DNA from: Octopus vulgaris
Taxonomy: Eukaryota
NCBI GenBank assembly: GCA_951406725.2
Contig: OX597823.1
Coordinates: 70,122,001-70,186,000, forward strand
Length of the DNA stretch: 64,000 nucleotides
Direction: 5' to 3'
Below the pieces are notes generated by a model. It searched no databases, was not told the origin of the DNA, and worked only from the letters and a program-made list of their open reading frames with translations. How positions within the stretch are numbered: the first letter of the stretch is position 1; each line of letters opens with the position of its first letter. The position numbers were made by a program, and so were the translations under genes. This document shows positions 53,999-64,000 of the stretch, in pieces.

Positions 53999-54339
53999 AG
54001 GCTTATACCTACCTACATAGGTATACGCACAGCTGTATGGTTAACAAGTTCCCTTCACAGCCACTGATTCTGGGTTCATTCTCACAGCATGGACAAATGT
54101 TTTCTTCTATAACATCAGGTTGAAATTTTGTAGATAGAAAATAAACGTAAGTCCATCGTAAATGTATGGTTAAGAAATTCACTTTACAACCACATGGTTT
54201 TAGGTTCAGTTCCACACTGCACAGCAGCACTTTGGACAAATGTTGCCAGCTAAAGACTTGGGCTAACCAATGCTTTGTGAGTCAATTTAGTAGGCAAACA
54301 GTAAAAACAAAACCTATCAGTGAAGAAAATATTTTCTTC

Positions 54340-54556
54340 TTAACTCTTTAGCATTTAAACCAGCCATATCTGGCTCAAATGTTCTATGTTTTATGTTAAA
54401 ACTGACTACATCCAACCTTTCATACCTACCCTACAATGTCATTCTAGAAATAATGAATAACATCTTTGAAATCTCAAAAGTATGAGGCAAAGCATGATTA
54501 ATTCAAAACAATGTGAATAAATTTGCTTTATATTTCACAGAGTAAGAAAGGGGTTA
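54340..54556. mobile_element. Possible piggyBac-type MITE
   Basis: ttaa-ctctttagca ... aagggg-ttag ends, decayed. Confidence 0.4.
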
Positions 54557-55271
54557 GGTGAGTTTAGTACATCAATGTATATATGTGAGGATTGTGAGGT
54601 TTATGGGAATGGTGGAGGAGGGGGAGGTTGGTATTGGAAGAGAATGTTAGAATTGGAGAAGGAGAAAAGTAGGTGGGGAAAAAGTATAGGATGAAAGAGT
54701 CTAGAGTAAAGCAGTTGCAGATGTTTGAGCAAGCATTTGTGTTGTTTTGTTTGAGTCATGACAGCTTTTCTTAGATGCATAGCAGATGCTTTTCAGAGTG
54801 CTTGCATTTCCTGAATATTTCAGATTTGGCGCTCAATGGATGCAAACAGATTGTAAAGCATCTGTTGTGTGGCAAGGAGGAGCCACCTTTGCTGAACTTC
54901 AGCCACATAGATGAATGCCATCACAAAGTATCTCACTTGACACTCTAAGAATTCTATCAATTTAATACCCAAGTAGGTACTTTATTTTACTGAATCCAAA
55001 AAAAAGATAAAAGCAAAGTTGACCTCATCAGGATATGAACTCAGTGTGCTGTGTGCTGAAACAAATAATGTAAAGTACTTTGTCCTCCTATCTTAGGTTT
55101 TTATCCTTTGCTCTAGTGTTTTGTTCTATGCCCTAATATTGTCCTGCAAACTAATGTTTAGTTCTACACTCTAATATTTTGTTTTACAGTCTGTTTTGTC
55201 TTATGTTCTAATGTTGTCCTACATTTTTTCCTCCAATATTATGTTTTATTTTATGCTCTAACATATAGTTT

Positions 55272-55723
55272 CATCATCATCATCATCATCATCGTTTAAC
55301 GTCCGCTTTCCATGCTAGCATGGGTTGGACGGTTCGACTGGGGTCTGGGGAGCCCGAAGGCTGCACCAGGCCAGTCAGATCTGGCAGTGTTTCTACAGCT
55401 GGATGCCCTTCCTAACGCCAACCACTCCGAGAGTGTAGTGGGTGATTTTATGTGCCACCGACACAGGTGCCAGACAAGGCTGGCGAACGGCCACGCTCGG
55501 ATGGTGTTTTTATGTGCCACCGACACAGGTGCCAGACGAGGCTGGCAGACGGCCACGCTCAGATGGTGTTTTTATGTGCCACCGACACAGGTGCCAGACG
55601 AGGCTGGCAGACGGCCACGCTCGGATGGTGTTTTTATGTGCCACCGACACAGGTGCCAGACGAGGCTGGCAGACGGCCACGCTCGGATGGTGTTTTTATG
55701 TGCCACCGACACAGGTGCCAGAC
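55272..55723 (-). mobile_element. V-domain-like retroelement 3' region with internal 62-bp tandem array (55447-55723, ~4.4 units)
   Basis: (cat)n tail; tgtgccacc recurs at 55451, 55513, 55575, 55637, 55699. Confidence 0.85.
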
Positions 55724-56334
55724 CATATTCTAATGTTTTGCTTTATGCACTAATATTGTCCTACACTCTGTTTTGTCCTATGCATTAATGTTGTCCTAAT
55801 TTTAATGTTTTATCTTTTTTTCTGATGTTTTCTCCTGTGCTCTGCTGTCTCTTCATAGAATCGAAACAAGAAATATATATATGAAGTACATATTCTATCC
55901 ATGTACATTTTACTTACAAATTGTGTAACTAGCAAGCAAGGCAGCCTCTCTTTTACATGATTGCTTGACTTGCTATAAATATCCCTCAAATTATACTCCA
56001 AGGTTTCAGTCTAGAGAATAGAAATGGATTATATAGACCTAGATATGCATTTCCTAGGAGAAAGACTGGTTGGCCATGGTCATAGTTAGAACAACAATTT
56101 AAACTAAAGTCTGCTCAGCTAGGGCTAAAAAGGAGAAGGTGAATCTACTAATCAAATCACATACAAGAATTGCAGTTAGCCAGATCAAGAAGGTACAGGA
56201 CTATGAAACAATGTCAACAGTTCACATTCTGCAGTTGACACTGCACTTTATTGCATTGATGTGACAAAAATAACAGGCTGGGAATGGCTAACATAGATCA
56301 ATCAACTAATCAAATATTCAGTAATTTGGAATTT

Positions 56335-56660
56335 CATCATCATCATTATCATCGTTTAACATCTGCTTTCCATGCTAGCATGGGTTGGACGATTTGACTG
56401 AGGACTGGCGAGCCAGATGGCTGCACCAGGCTCCAATCTGATCTAGCAGAGTTTCTACAGCTGGATGCCCTTCCTAACGCCAACCACTCCAAGAGTGTAG
56501 TGGGTGGTTTTATGTGCCACCGGCATGAGGGCCAGTCAGGCAGTACTGGCAACAGCCATGCTCAAATGGTGTTTTTTACATGCCACCTGCACAGGAGCTA
56601 GTCCAGCGGCGCTGGCAACAACCTTGCTCAAATGCTTTTTCACGTGCCAGTAAGGCGACA
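56335..56660 (-). mobile_element. Another V-domain-like retroelement copy
   Basis: ctggatgcccttcctaacgccaaccactc core and (cat)n tail. Confidence 0.8.
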
Positions 56661-56821
56661 GTGGGAATTTGTTTTTCTATAGTCCTAAAAACTATCAAAC
56701 AGTTACTATCCTGGGTTCAGACATCAAAAGTTTAATGAACCCAGTTAGCCAAACATCTTGTCAACTCAGCTATTTGTTATTCTCTTATTCCAACAGAAGG
56801 GACTGGGTTAAGAAGAGTTAT

Positions 56822-57080
56822 GTAGCTGTGTGGTAAGAAATTTGCTTCCTAACCACATGGTTCTGGGTTCAGTCCCACTGTGTGGCACTTTGGGCAGGTG
56901 TCTTCTACTATAGACCCAGGCCGACCAAAACCTTGAAAGTGGATTTAGTAGGCAGAAACTGAAAGAAGCTTGTCATACATGTGTGTGTGTGTGTGTGTGT
57001 TTGTGTGATTGTGTGTGTCTACGTGTCTGTCTCCAACCACTGCTTGACAACCAGTGTTGAAACAAGTATAAGGAAAGAAA
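56822..57080 (+). mobile_element. SINE family A, CpG-decayed and deleted
   Basis: Family similarity with CG>TG/CA changes. Confidence 0.8.
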
Positions 57081-57224
57081 GATAAAAGATATCAAGACCA
57101 TGTGTTGGTGACAAGATACAGAAGACAATGACTCTTCCGTTGGTAGTTAAACACTTTACTGTCTCATGCGGTGATGACATCAATGTTTTTCATGCAAAAG
57201 AAACAATAGAATATGTGGACTTAC

Positions 57225-57274
57225 TTTATGTAGCTCAGGAAAGTCTCTTTGAAGTTTATTTCGCATACATAAAC
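57225..57274 (-). CDS. CIAO2A: CIAO2A/FAM96A internal exon (50 nt)
   Basis: ttcaag|(G)LCMRNKLQRDFPELHK|gtaagt; cf. GLCLRVKLQRCLPFKHK. Confidence 0.93.
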
Positions 57275-59603
57275 CTTGAACATAGAAAAGAATTTAAAGG
57301 AAACGTTTTAACAAAATGAGAAAGAGTTATAAGATCTATAAATTTATACAACAAAATATAAATAAAGAACACATTTATAAAATGTGGAATTTCCAGGGAT
57401 GAAAGTTTTTAATGTGAAATTAACAAATCTGAAATTCAAAGAACAATTGAGGTTACACTGTTGCTTAGAAGCTTGTTCATTTTTCATTCAATTCATTACA
57501 AATGCAGGGAATCTACACTTTTTTAACACACAAGGCTGATGTTAAAAAAGATGCACGATATAGATCATCACCATCATCCTTATCTTTACTTCCACACTCC
57601 ATGTTGGCATGGATCAGATGGTCATCAGGGATCGAGTCAGTTCTTATTTGGAATTACTGCCCTCTTAGACAGGTCAGAATGTTATACTTTGCTCATATAT
57701 TCTATTTTGTCATGGTTTCAAAAGCTGGATACCATTCCAAACACCAATCCTTTTCCAGGGTGTACCAGAAGCATTTTATCATGATACTTGCACTAGAAAG
57801 ATTGTTAAGTCTTTAACAACAGAAATAAAAATAATTTTAATTAAATAAAAACAAATAATGACATATAAGTTTCAGTTTAAACAAATAAAACCTTTTTAGT
57901 ATTTACTTCAAGTAAAGGGGAGCAGTGCCCATTTTCAGGCTCTTCCAGACTGATAAAAATGAAGCTATTAGTGTACAGCTAGACTTATCATCCTTGTGTG
58001 GGAAAAGCTCCAGTGAATGGTTGAAGTGGGGAAAAATTATGGAAGAAAATACACCCACTTGCCCAGTTTACTCAGCTAGGGTTAATCAAGTTCCAGCTTG
58101 CATTCCAGTAGTAACACAGCACTGATCTTCCCTCTTTATCTAAAGTCATCTCTGTTGCCTCAATAATAGAAATTATGGTCCTTCTCTATGCTGCAAGGGT
58201 AACTCCAATACCAGTCAGAGCTTTGGAGAATGAACACCTTACAAAACCCCAGCAGCCCTTTCCAGTTGCCTTGCAACATGCCTGCTAGTGCTGATTTCTG
58301 CACTGTTCTACCAGCTCCATCATCTTTTTACAGAAGGGATTCAAGAGAATGGATATAGTGGGAAAGAAGGATGGGAGGAAAATTGTTAACTGTTGCCTTT
58401 GTAAAGTAAAGCACAGAAAGGATGATGAGAGTTGTTGTCAATGGCTTTGGTCAGCCTTAACCAAGCATCACTTTCCAAAGAAATTGATTACAAAGAAATT
58501 TTGTCACCAACATAAGCAATCTTTAATATTATTTCTTTTCTAAAGCAATAGATTGGAAGACTCAGTAAGTGGCAGACAAAATGCCTTGTGATAGTTTGTT
58601 TCATTTATTTACATTCTGTGTTGACATAATGCTAAGACTAAATTTTGTCTTTTATCATTATAGAGGTGATAAAGTACTAGACAGCTGTTCCTACCCCATG
58701 CCAAATTTCTAACTTTGTGCCTTAGTAAAAAATCCTTTAGGGTGGTGGGTTGGACAAAATGACTTAGAGTAATTTTTCTGTTTCTTTACATTTTATCCTG
58801 CAAAGGTCAACTTTGCCTTTCGTCTTTCCAAGGTTAATAAAACAAAATACTAGTCAAGTATTGGGCTTGATTTAATTGAGTAAATCCCACCCTCAAATTT
58901 ATGGTCTTGAGCCCAAGTTTGAAATTATTATTGTTGTTGTATTTTTGCTTGATATGTATCAATTCGTGTTACTGCAGTTTCAGCTGCATTCTACATTTCA
59001 AAGTATTTTTTTTTATATAAAGAGAGCAAATTTTATTGAACTGAATCAAAATGAACTCAACAGAAGAAATATCTCCAAACAGTTATTGAAACCATATTAC
59101 AATCTCAATTTGCTTTCTCTCACAAACAGTCTAAATGTTGATATACAGCCAGTGATTTATTACAAAAAAAATACTCACCTGATATAATGAAAAGTTAATT
59201 GTAAGACTGTAGTATTTTTCAAGAGACAGCATTCTTTTTATATTCAAAAAGGTTAATTTCAGTTGAACATGCTTTGGCCATTCTTAAATTACAAAAACCA
59301 AACCACAGACCCATATTCTATTGAAGGAACTTTGTGAAAAGCATGCATATCAAATGTTAATGATCTAGCACAATAAAGCATTGGATCTAGTGAAGCTGAT
59401 AATTGATGGTGAAAGCTGAATGGCCAGTGTAGCCTGAACATTATATGTACAAGCATGAACTACCCCTTTTAAAAATTGAAGAGGATGTTAAAAAAGACAG
59501 GAGACTCAGTGAACCCATGATGGTATGAAAAAATGAACAATAAAATATGATGATGATATTGATGATATCTAAAACATATTGGAAAGAAAAGACGTCAACA
59601 TAC

Positions 59604-59768
59604 CAATCAGTGAAGCAAGTGTACAATGGGGAACTGTAGGAATAAATTCAATGCGAATCAGAAAACATTGATCTGAAAATCGTTTTACTTCGACTCCTTC
59701 CTCAGTCACAACATTCAGTTCCTCAAGGGTTTCGATTTTTTCTGGATCTTTGATTCCTCGAATGAGAT
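59604..59768 (-). CDS. CIAO2A: CIAO2A/FAM96A exon (165 nt), MIP18/DUF59 domain
   Basis: gccag|(D)[54 protein letters not shown](G)|gtatgt; DPEK and PTVPHC point to FAM96A rather than FAM96B (DPEH, PTIPHC). Confidence 0.96.
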
Positions 59769-60099
59769 CTGGCATGAGAAAAGTAGAGATTTAAAACAGG
59801 GAAAATTTGCATTAAAGGAAAAGAATAAAACCAGGTGGAATACAGCATTTCATTTTCAGAATTAATTAAACATAGTCAAAGATTAATTAAACATGGCCAA
59901 GAATTTATTAAATATGGCCATGAAAGAGTTAAAATGTTTTATGAAATTCAAGGCATGATTTTTTTAACATTGCCCATAAACTTATTTTAATATGAGGCAA
60001 TGAGAAAGCCTATATGTAAATTATTCAAACAGCTGCAAATAGCAGTAGAATTTCATTCATATCCCATCCTACTGCCTTAAAAAATGGTGGGACACACTG

Positions 60100-60412
60100 T
60101 TTATTTTTTGTTTGTTACTTCTCAAGCCATGCCTGGCTCATAAGGGCCAGTTTCCCGGTTTCCTCGGTGTATAGGTTCCCCATCTGGACAGGACGCCAGT
60201 CCGTCGCAGGTAAGCTGCTAGATGCAGGAGCAAAGAGTGAGAGAAAGTTGTGGCAAAAGAGTCAGCAGAAGTTCGCCATTACCTTCTACTGGAGCTGCAT
60301 GAAGCTTAGGTGTTTCACTCATAAACACACACATCACCCGGTCTGAGATTCAAACCCGCGATCCCTCGACCGCAATTGCGCTGCTCTAACCACTAGGCCA
60401 TGTGCCTCCACA
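60100..60412 (-). mobile_element. tRNA-derived SINE family E with 13-bp TSD
   Basis: Head tgtggaggcacatggcctagtggttagagc..gggtttgaatctc; TSD gtgggacacactg at 60087-60099 and 60413-60425. Confidence 0.9.
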
Positions 60413-60579
60413 GTGGGACACACTGGTTAATGTTATGCTAAATAGTCTATGCCAAGTTGACTTGAGCCAAATACACTGAGTTATGAATGTAACTTAGAGA
60501 GGGGAAGGCCCCACCATGCTAACTTAGACTGATTATGATACATGATTTCATTTTCTGAATGGAACCAAAAACCCAAATA

Positions 60580-60920
60580 AATATATGGAACTTATTTTCA
60601 ATATTTCAATAAACATACAAAGAAAATGCAGCAATGGAAAAAATAATTTTTTGTAGCTAAACACTTTCAAACTTCGGACACTGGTAGAATGTGTCATACA
60701 AAACATCTTTTATTCTCAGCATTTTTGAGAAAAACTTATATATATACGAAGTTATTTCACGTTAAAGTTCTCGTATTTTGGTAATTTCAACCAATCAATG
60801 ACATGTATTCAACTGAATAAAATTACTGCTGTTGTTTGTCAACAAGAACTTCTGGCAGTGTATATTTTGTTTGTCACTGTTATTTATGACAACCCTAAAC
60901 CCCTAACCCTAAAACCTTAA
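60580..60920. repeat. Unclassified non-autonomous element ending in short (CCCTAA)-like units
   Basis: aaccctaaacccctaaccctaaaacc at ~60890-60916; boundaries uncertain. Confidence 0.4.
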
Positions 60921-61019
60921 AACCAGTACAAACACACAAACGATGCCATAAGCTGGCTGTAAAGAGTACAGCTATACATTTTGGGAGGTAAAACCCAGAA
61001 TTTATCTCATTCCTCACAA

Positions 61020-61560
61020 CACCAAACTTAAGAAGTCTGCAAGTGAACATGGTCTAGGTGTTATTGTCAACAATGATCTGCATTAGACAAACCACATTTC
61101 TAAAATCATCAAAAAGGCTGAAGGTACCTTAACATCACTGAGTAAGACCTTTGTCAGCCACTCACCAGACATCTATTTAATGCTACACATGACTATGATG
61201 CATCTAAACTTACAGTTTGCATCTCAAGGCTAAAACCTCCATCTTGTCCAGAATATCGATTTGTTCAAAGACGTGCAATGAGACAAATACCTCCATCAGT
61301 CAGTAACTATATCTTGAACGTCTTGCTTCTCTGAGTATTATCCACAAGATTATCCACATCTTTCCAACACTTTTGGCCATGTTTTTGAATTCAGTATCTC
61401 TGCCACTGTTTGAAATGCATATTCAAAATACGGTGCAGAATCCATGACTTATAGAAACAAGTTTTCCTGCTCTTAATTGTCAAAACATGGAATAAACTAT
61501 GGAATAAACAATGTCGGTTGTTGCTGCCAGGACATAGCATCCTTTAAAAATTCCATGTTA
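61020..61560 (+). mobile_element. Degenerate CR1-type LINE RT C-terminal fragment
   Basis: EHGLGVIVNNDLH*TNHISKIIKKAEGTL..LSKTFVS..LQFASQG*N..NIDLFKDVQ. Confidence 0.7.
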
Positions 61561-61778
61561 CCTGATATTCACCAACACAACTTCAGACGTGCTTATGCAC
61601 CATTTCCTTTTTATGACTCTTTTACACTTTACTTTCCTGCTATTTTGCGTTTAGCTCTGTGTACTGTACATGTAATTATGATTTTCATTGCTGTCTTTCT
61701 TCAATTGATTTACTGTCCCTTTCTGACGAGTTATAGAGCATCTGAGCACTATATACGATATGCCCATTATTACTATTA

Positions 61779-62398
61779 AGGCGGCGAGCTGGCAGAATCG
61801 TTAACCCGCCAGACAAAATGTTTAGTGGCATTTCGTCCGTCTTTACGTTCTGAGTTCAAATTCCGCTGAGGTCAACATTGCTTTTCATCCCTTGAGGGTT
61901 GGGTCGATGGAATAAGTACCAGCTGAGCACAGGAGTCGATGCAATGGATAATCCCCATCTCCCAATATTTCAGGCCTTGTACCTATAGCAGAAAGGATTA
62001 TAACTACTATTAGGGCTGTGAGCTGGCAGAATCGTTAGTGCGTCGGACAAAATGATTAGTGGTATTTCGTCTGTCTTTACGTTCTGAGCTCAAATTTCGC
62101 CGAGGTCGACTTTGCCTTTTATCCTTTCGGAGTCGATAAATTAAGTACCAGCTGCATACTAGGGTCGACCTAATCGACTGGCCCCCTCCTCCAAAATTTC
62201 GGGCCTTGTGCCTAGAGTAGAAAAGATTAGCGTTATTTATTCGGACTCTTCACGTCCTGAGTTCAAATTCCGCCAAGGCCAAGTTTGCCTTTCATCCTTT
62301 CAGGATCGATAAAATAAATATTAGTTGAACACTGGGTCGATGTAACAGACTTATCCCTCTCCTCAAAAAATACTGCCTTGTGCAAAAATTAGAAATAA
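61779..62398 (+). mobile_element. Head-to-tail run of three SINE family B copies, CpG largely retained
   Basis: Repeated ctggcagaatcgtt..gttctgagttcaaattccgc..gtcgat core. Confidence 0.88.
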
Positions 62399-64000
62399 TA
62401 TTTTTTTTCTCAGGGGGAAATAACTCTAAAAACTATCGTTTCAGCAAACTTTTTGACAAATCAACTAGATTGTTAAGATGACGAAACAAAGTTGATCAAA
62501 ATAAATGCCTTAAATAAAAAGGTTACCACCTTTGTTGCAGCACTCGCCAAATATTATATCGCACGTGAGAGAGCGTGGTATGCATACGAACATACGTACG
62601 CGCATAACATACATATTGAGAGAGATCGACGAAAAACCGCTAACGACTATTTACACAGTGACAGAAATAGTAAAGTAGATTGACTCGATCAGAGTTAACC
62701 CGTAGCTTATATAGAAATATATGTTAAAGTGAATCAAGTTCGAAACTTCATCATGCACTTTTCGCTGTTACAGAATATACCTAGTGCCTTTTTTTACTTG
62801 GCCAACACCATTATTTTGTTGTTGACCCCATCCAATTTGTATTCAAAAACTGTTGTCTACAATATTGAAATGAGTGACACTTGTGATTTTCAGGAATTTC
62901 ATTCGAATTCTTATTTAAATTAATCTATAAAAATCACAGCTGGATCGATAAAACGAGTAACTGAACCAAATGATTTCGATCAACAAGAAGAAATTGTACA
63001 CATACCATCCACCTTCAAACAAGTTCGTGTTTATCAATAGTCAGCCATCATCAAGCAAGATCTATGATCAATGATGTGACCATCTGTCTATTTTTTCTCT
63101 CAGGCAAAGTGTCCCGAGGACTACATTATTTAAATGTCCTTCTTTCTTAACACGGCATGGTGTGGTTTGAGAGATTCGAACAACCTGAACGAGCCAAACA
63201 GAATTTGCTGAAATGAATGCGTGGCGAATTTTAATTCGATTTAAAACGCGACCAGTCATTAAAGAAGTGAAATTCTGTATGTGTTTTTGGAATTTCCAAA
63301 GAATCAAAAGCAGAAATGACACTTTTTTTTCTATAAAATGAATCCAAAAACAAGTGTTCGATAAATGCTTCGGTTAGTTTCAGAATCGCCAAAACTAGAA
63401 CCTGTTAAGTACTAAAGTGAATTTGAGTTGATCGGAATCTCCTTTAAATCACAATAAAGAAGGATATATTAGACGATATAGACACCGATATATAAAAAGA
63501 CGAATCATCCGCGATCCTAATGAAGCAGGGATAAAAGCTGTCCCAGCTTGATTCATAGGCTGACGAGGGTTAAACAACAACAACATTTGCAGTGTTGTGT
63601 TAAAGTGAAATGTAATGAGACTAGCACTTCATCGCCACCAAAACTTCCGTCAACTCGGGAGTTAGAACTCAGTCTAAAATCCAAAGCCTTTAGCCTCTAT
63701 GTAGTCGTTCGACCTGCCACAAAATGTAGCTAAGTCTCCCTCTGGAGACTGGAAAATGCAATATGGGATCTACAGTTCATTATGTCCGAAGAAAAGAGCG
63801 GATAGTCAAGACTGAAAGTTTTTGACCATAGGTCTACCCATTTGATCAGTCTCAGCTGGAGGATAAACAATGAGGACTCTTTCTTCGGTTAAGCTCATAC
63901 ACTAGTTTGCTCTTAATGTAACCGCTAAGCTATCATCAAAGACGTGCCATCTATGACCAACTCACCTTTTATTCAGTGTATCTAAGACTACGTTATCTAA

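Noticed and set aside
55447-55723. 62-bp repeat array and overlapping ORFs as CRISPR or repeat protein
   Set aside because: No spacers; array is internal to a retroelement seen elsewhere in the window.
55810-56001. Minus-strand ORF as a possible CIAO2A exon
   Set aside because: No homology; the protein is fully accounted for by the exons at 57225-57274 and 53473-53518.
59811-59820. TTCCTTTAAT resembling a U12 branch point upstream of the CIAO2A exon
   Set aside because: Imperfect match, ~42 nt from the acceptor (too far for a typical U12 intron), and the 5' splice site is not visible.
60890-60916. Telomere-like CCCTAA units
   Set aside because: Only 3-4 imperfect units within an interspersed repeat; not a telomere.

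Overview
Eukaryotic, AT-rich, microsatellite- and transposon-saturated DNA. The tRNA-derived SINE families look like those of Octopus (coleoid cephalopod); this is an inference from repeat sequence, not a database result. One host gene is supported: CIAO2A/FAM96A (MIP18 family, cytosolic Fe-S assembly) on the minus strand, with four coding exons (59768-59604, 57274-57225, 53518-53473, 50572-50472). Its first exon was not found and probably lies beyond 64000. The rest is mobile DNA. DNA transposons: a full-length but broken 1286-bp mariner, plus Tigger, maT, hAT and a second, rearranged mariner as relics. Retroelements: HERO-, R4- and CRE-like RLE LINE fragments, CR1/L2/RTE fragments, an L1/Tx1-like ORF1, a Penelope GIY-YIG fragment, and dozens of SINEs. 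Most interesting signals: (i) repeated minimal hammerhead-ribozyme-like motifs in several short microsatellite-anchored Penelope-type elements, including a recurrent non-canonical CUGUNGA core; (ii) dsRNA-forming structures in and around the CIAO2A transcript (a 3'UTR hairpin with an A:C mismatch, and nested inverted repeats bracketing the 46-nt exon); (iii) a CpG-depleted domain (~41.5-61.7 kb) extending ~8 kb past the gene's predicted 3' end; (iv) a two-module higher-order satellite. Most ORFs in the supplied track are microsatellite artefacts. Repeat boundaries are approximate unless a TSD or TIR is quoted.
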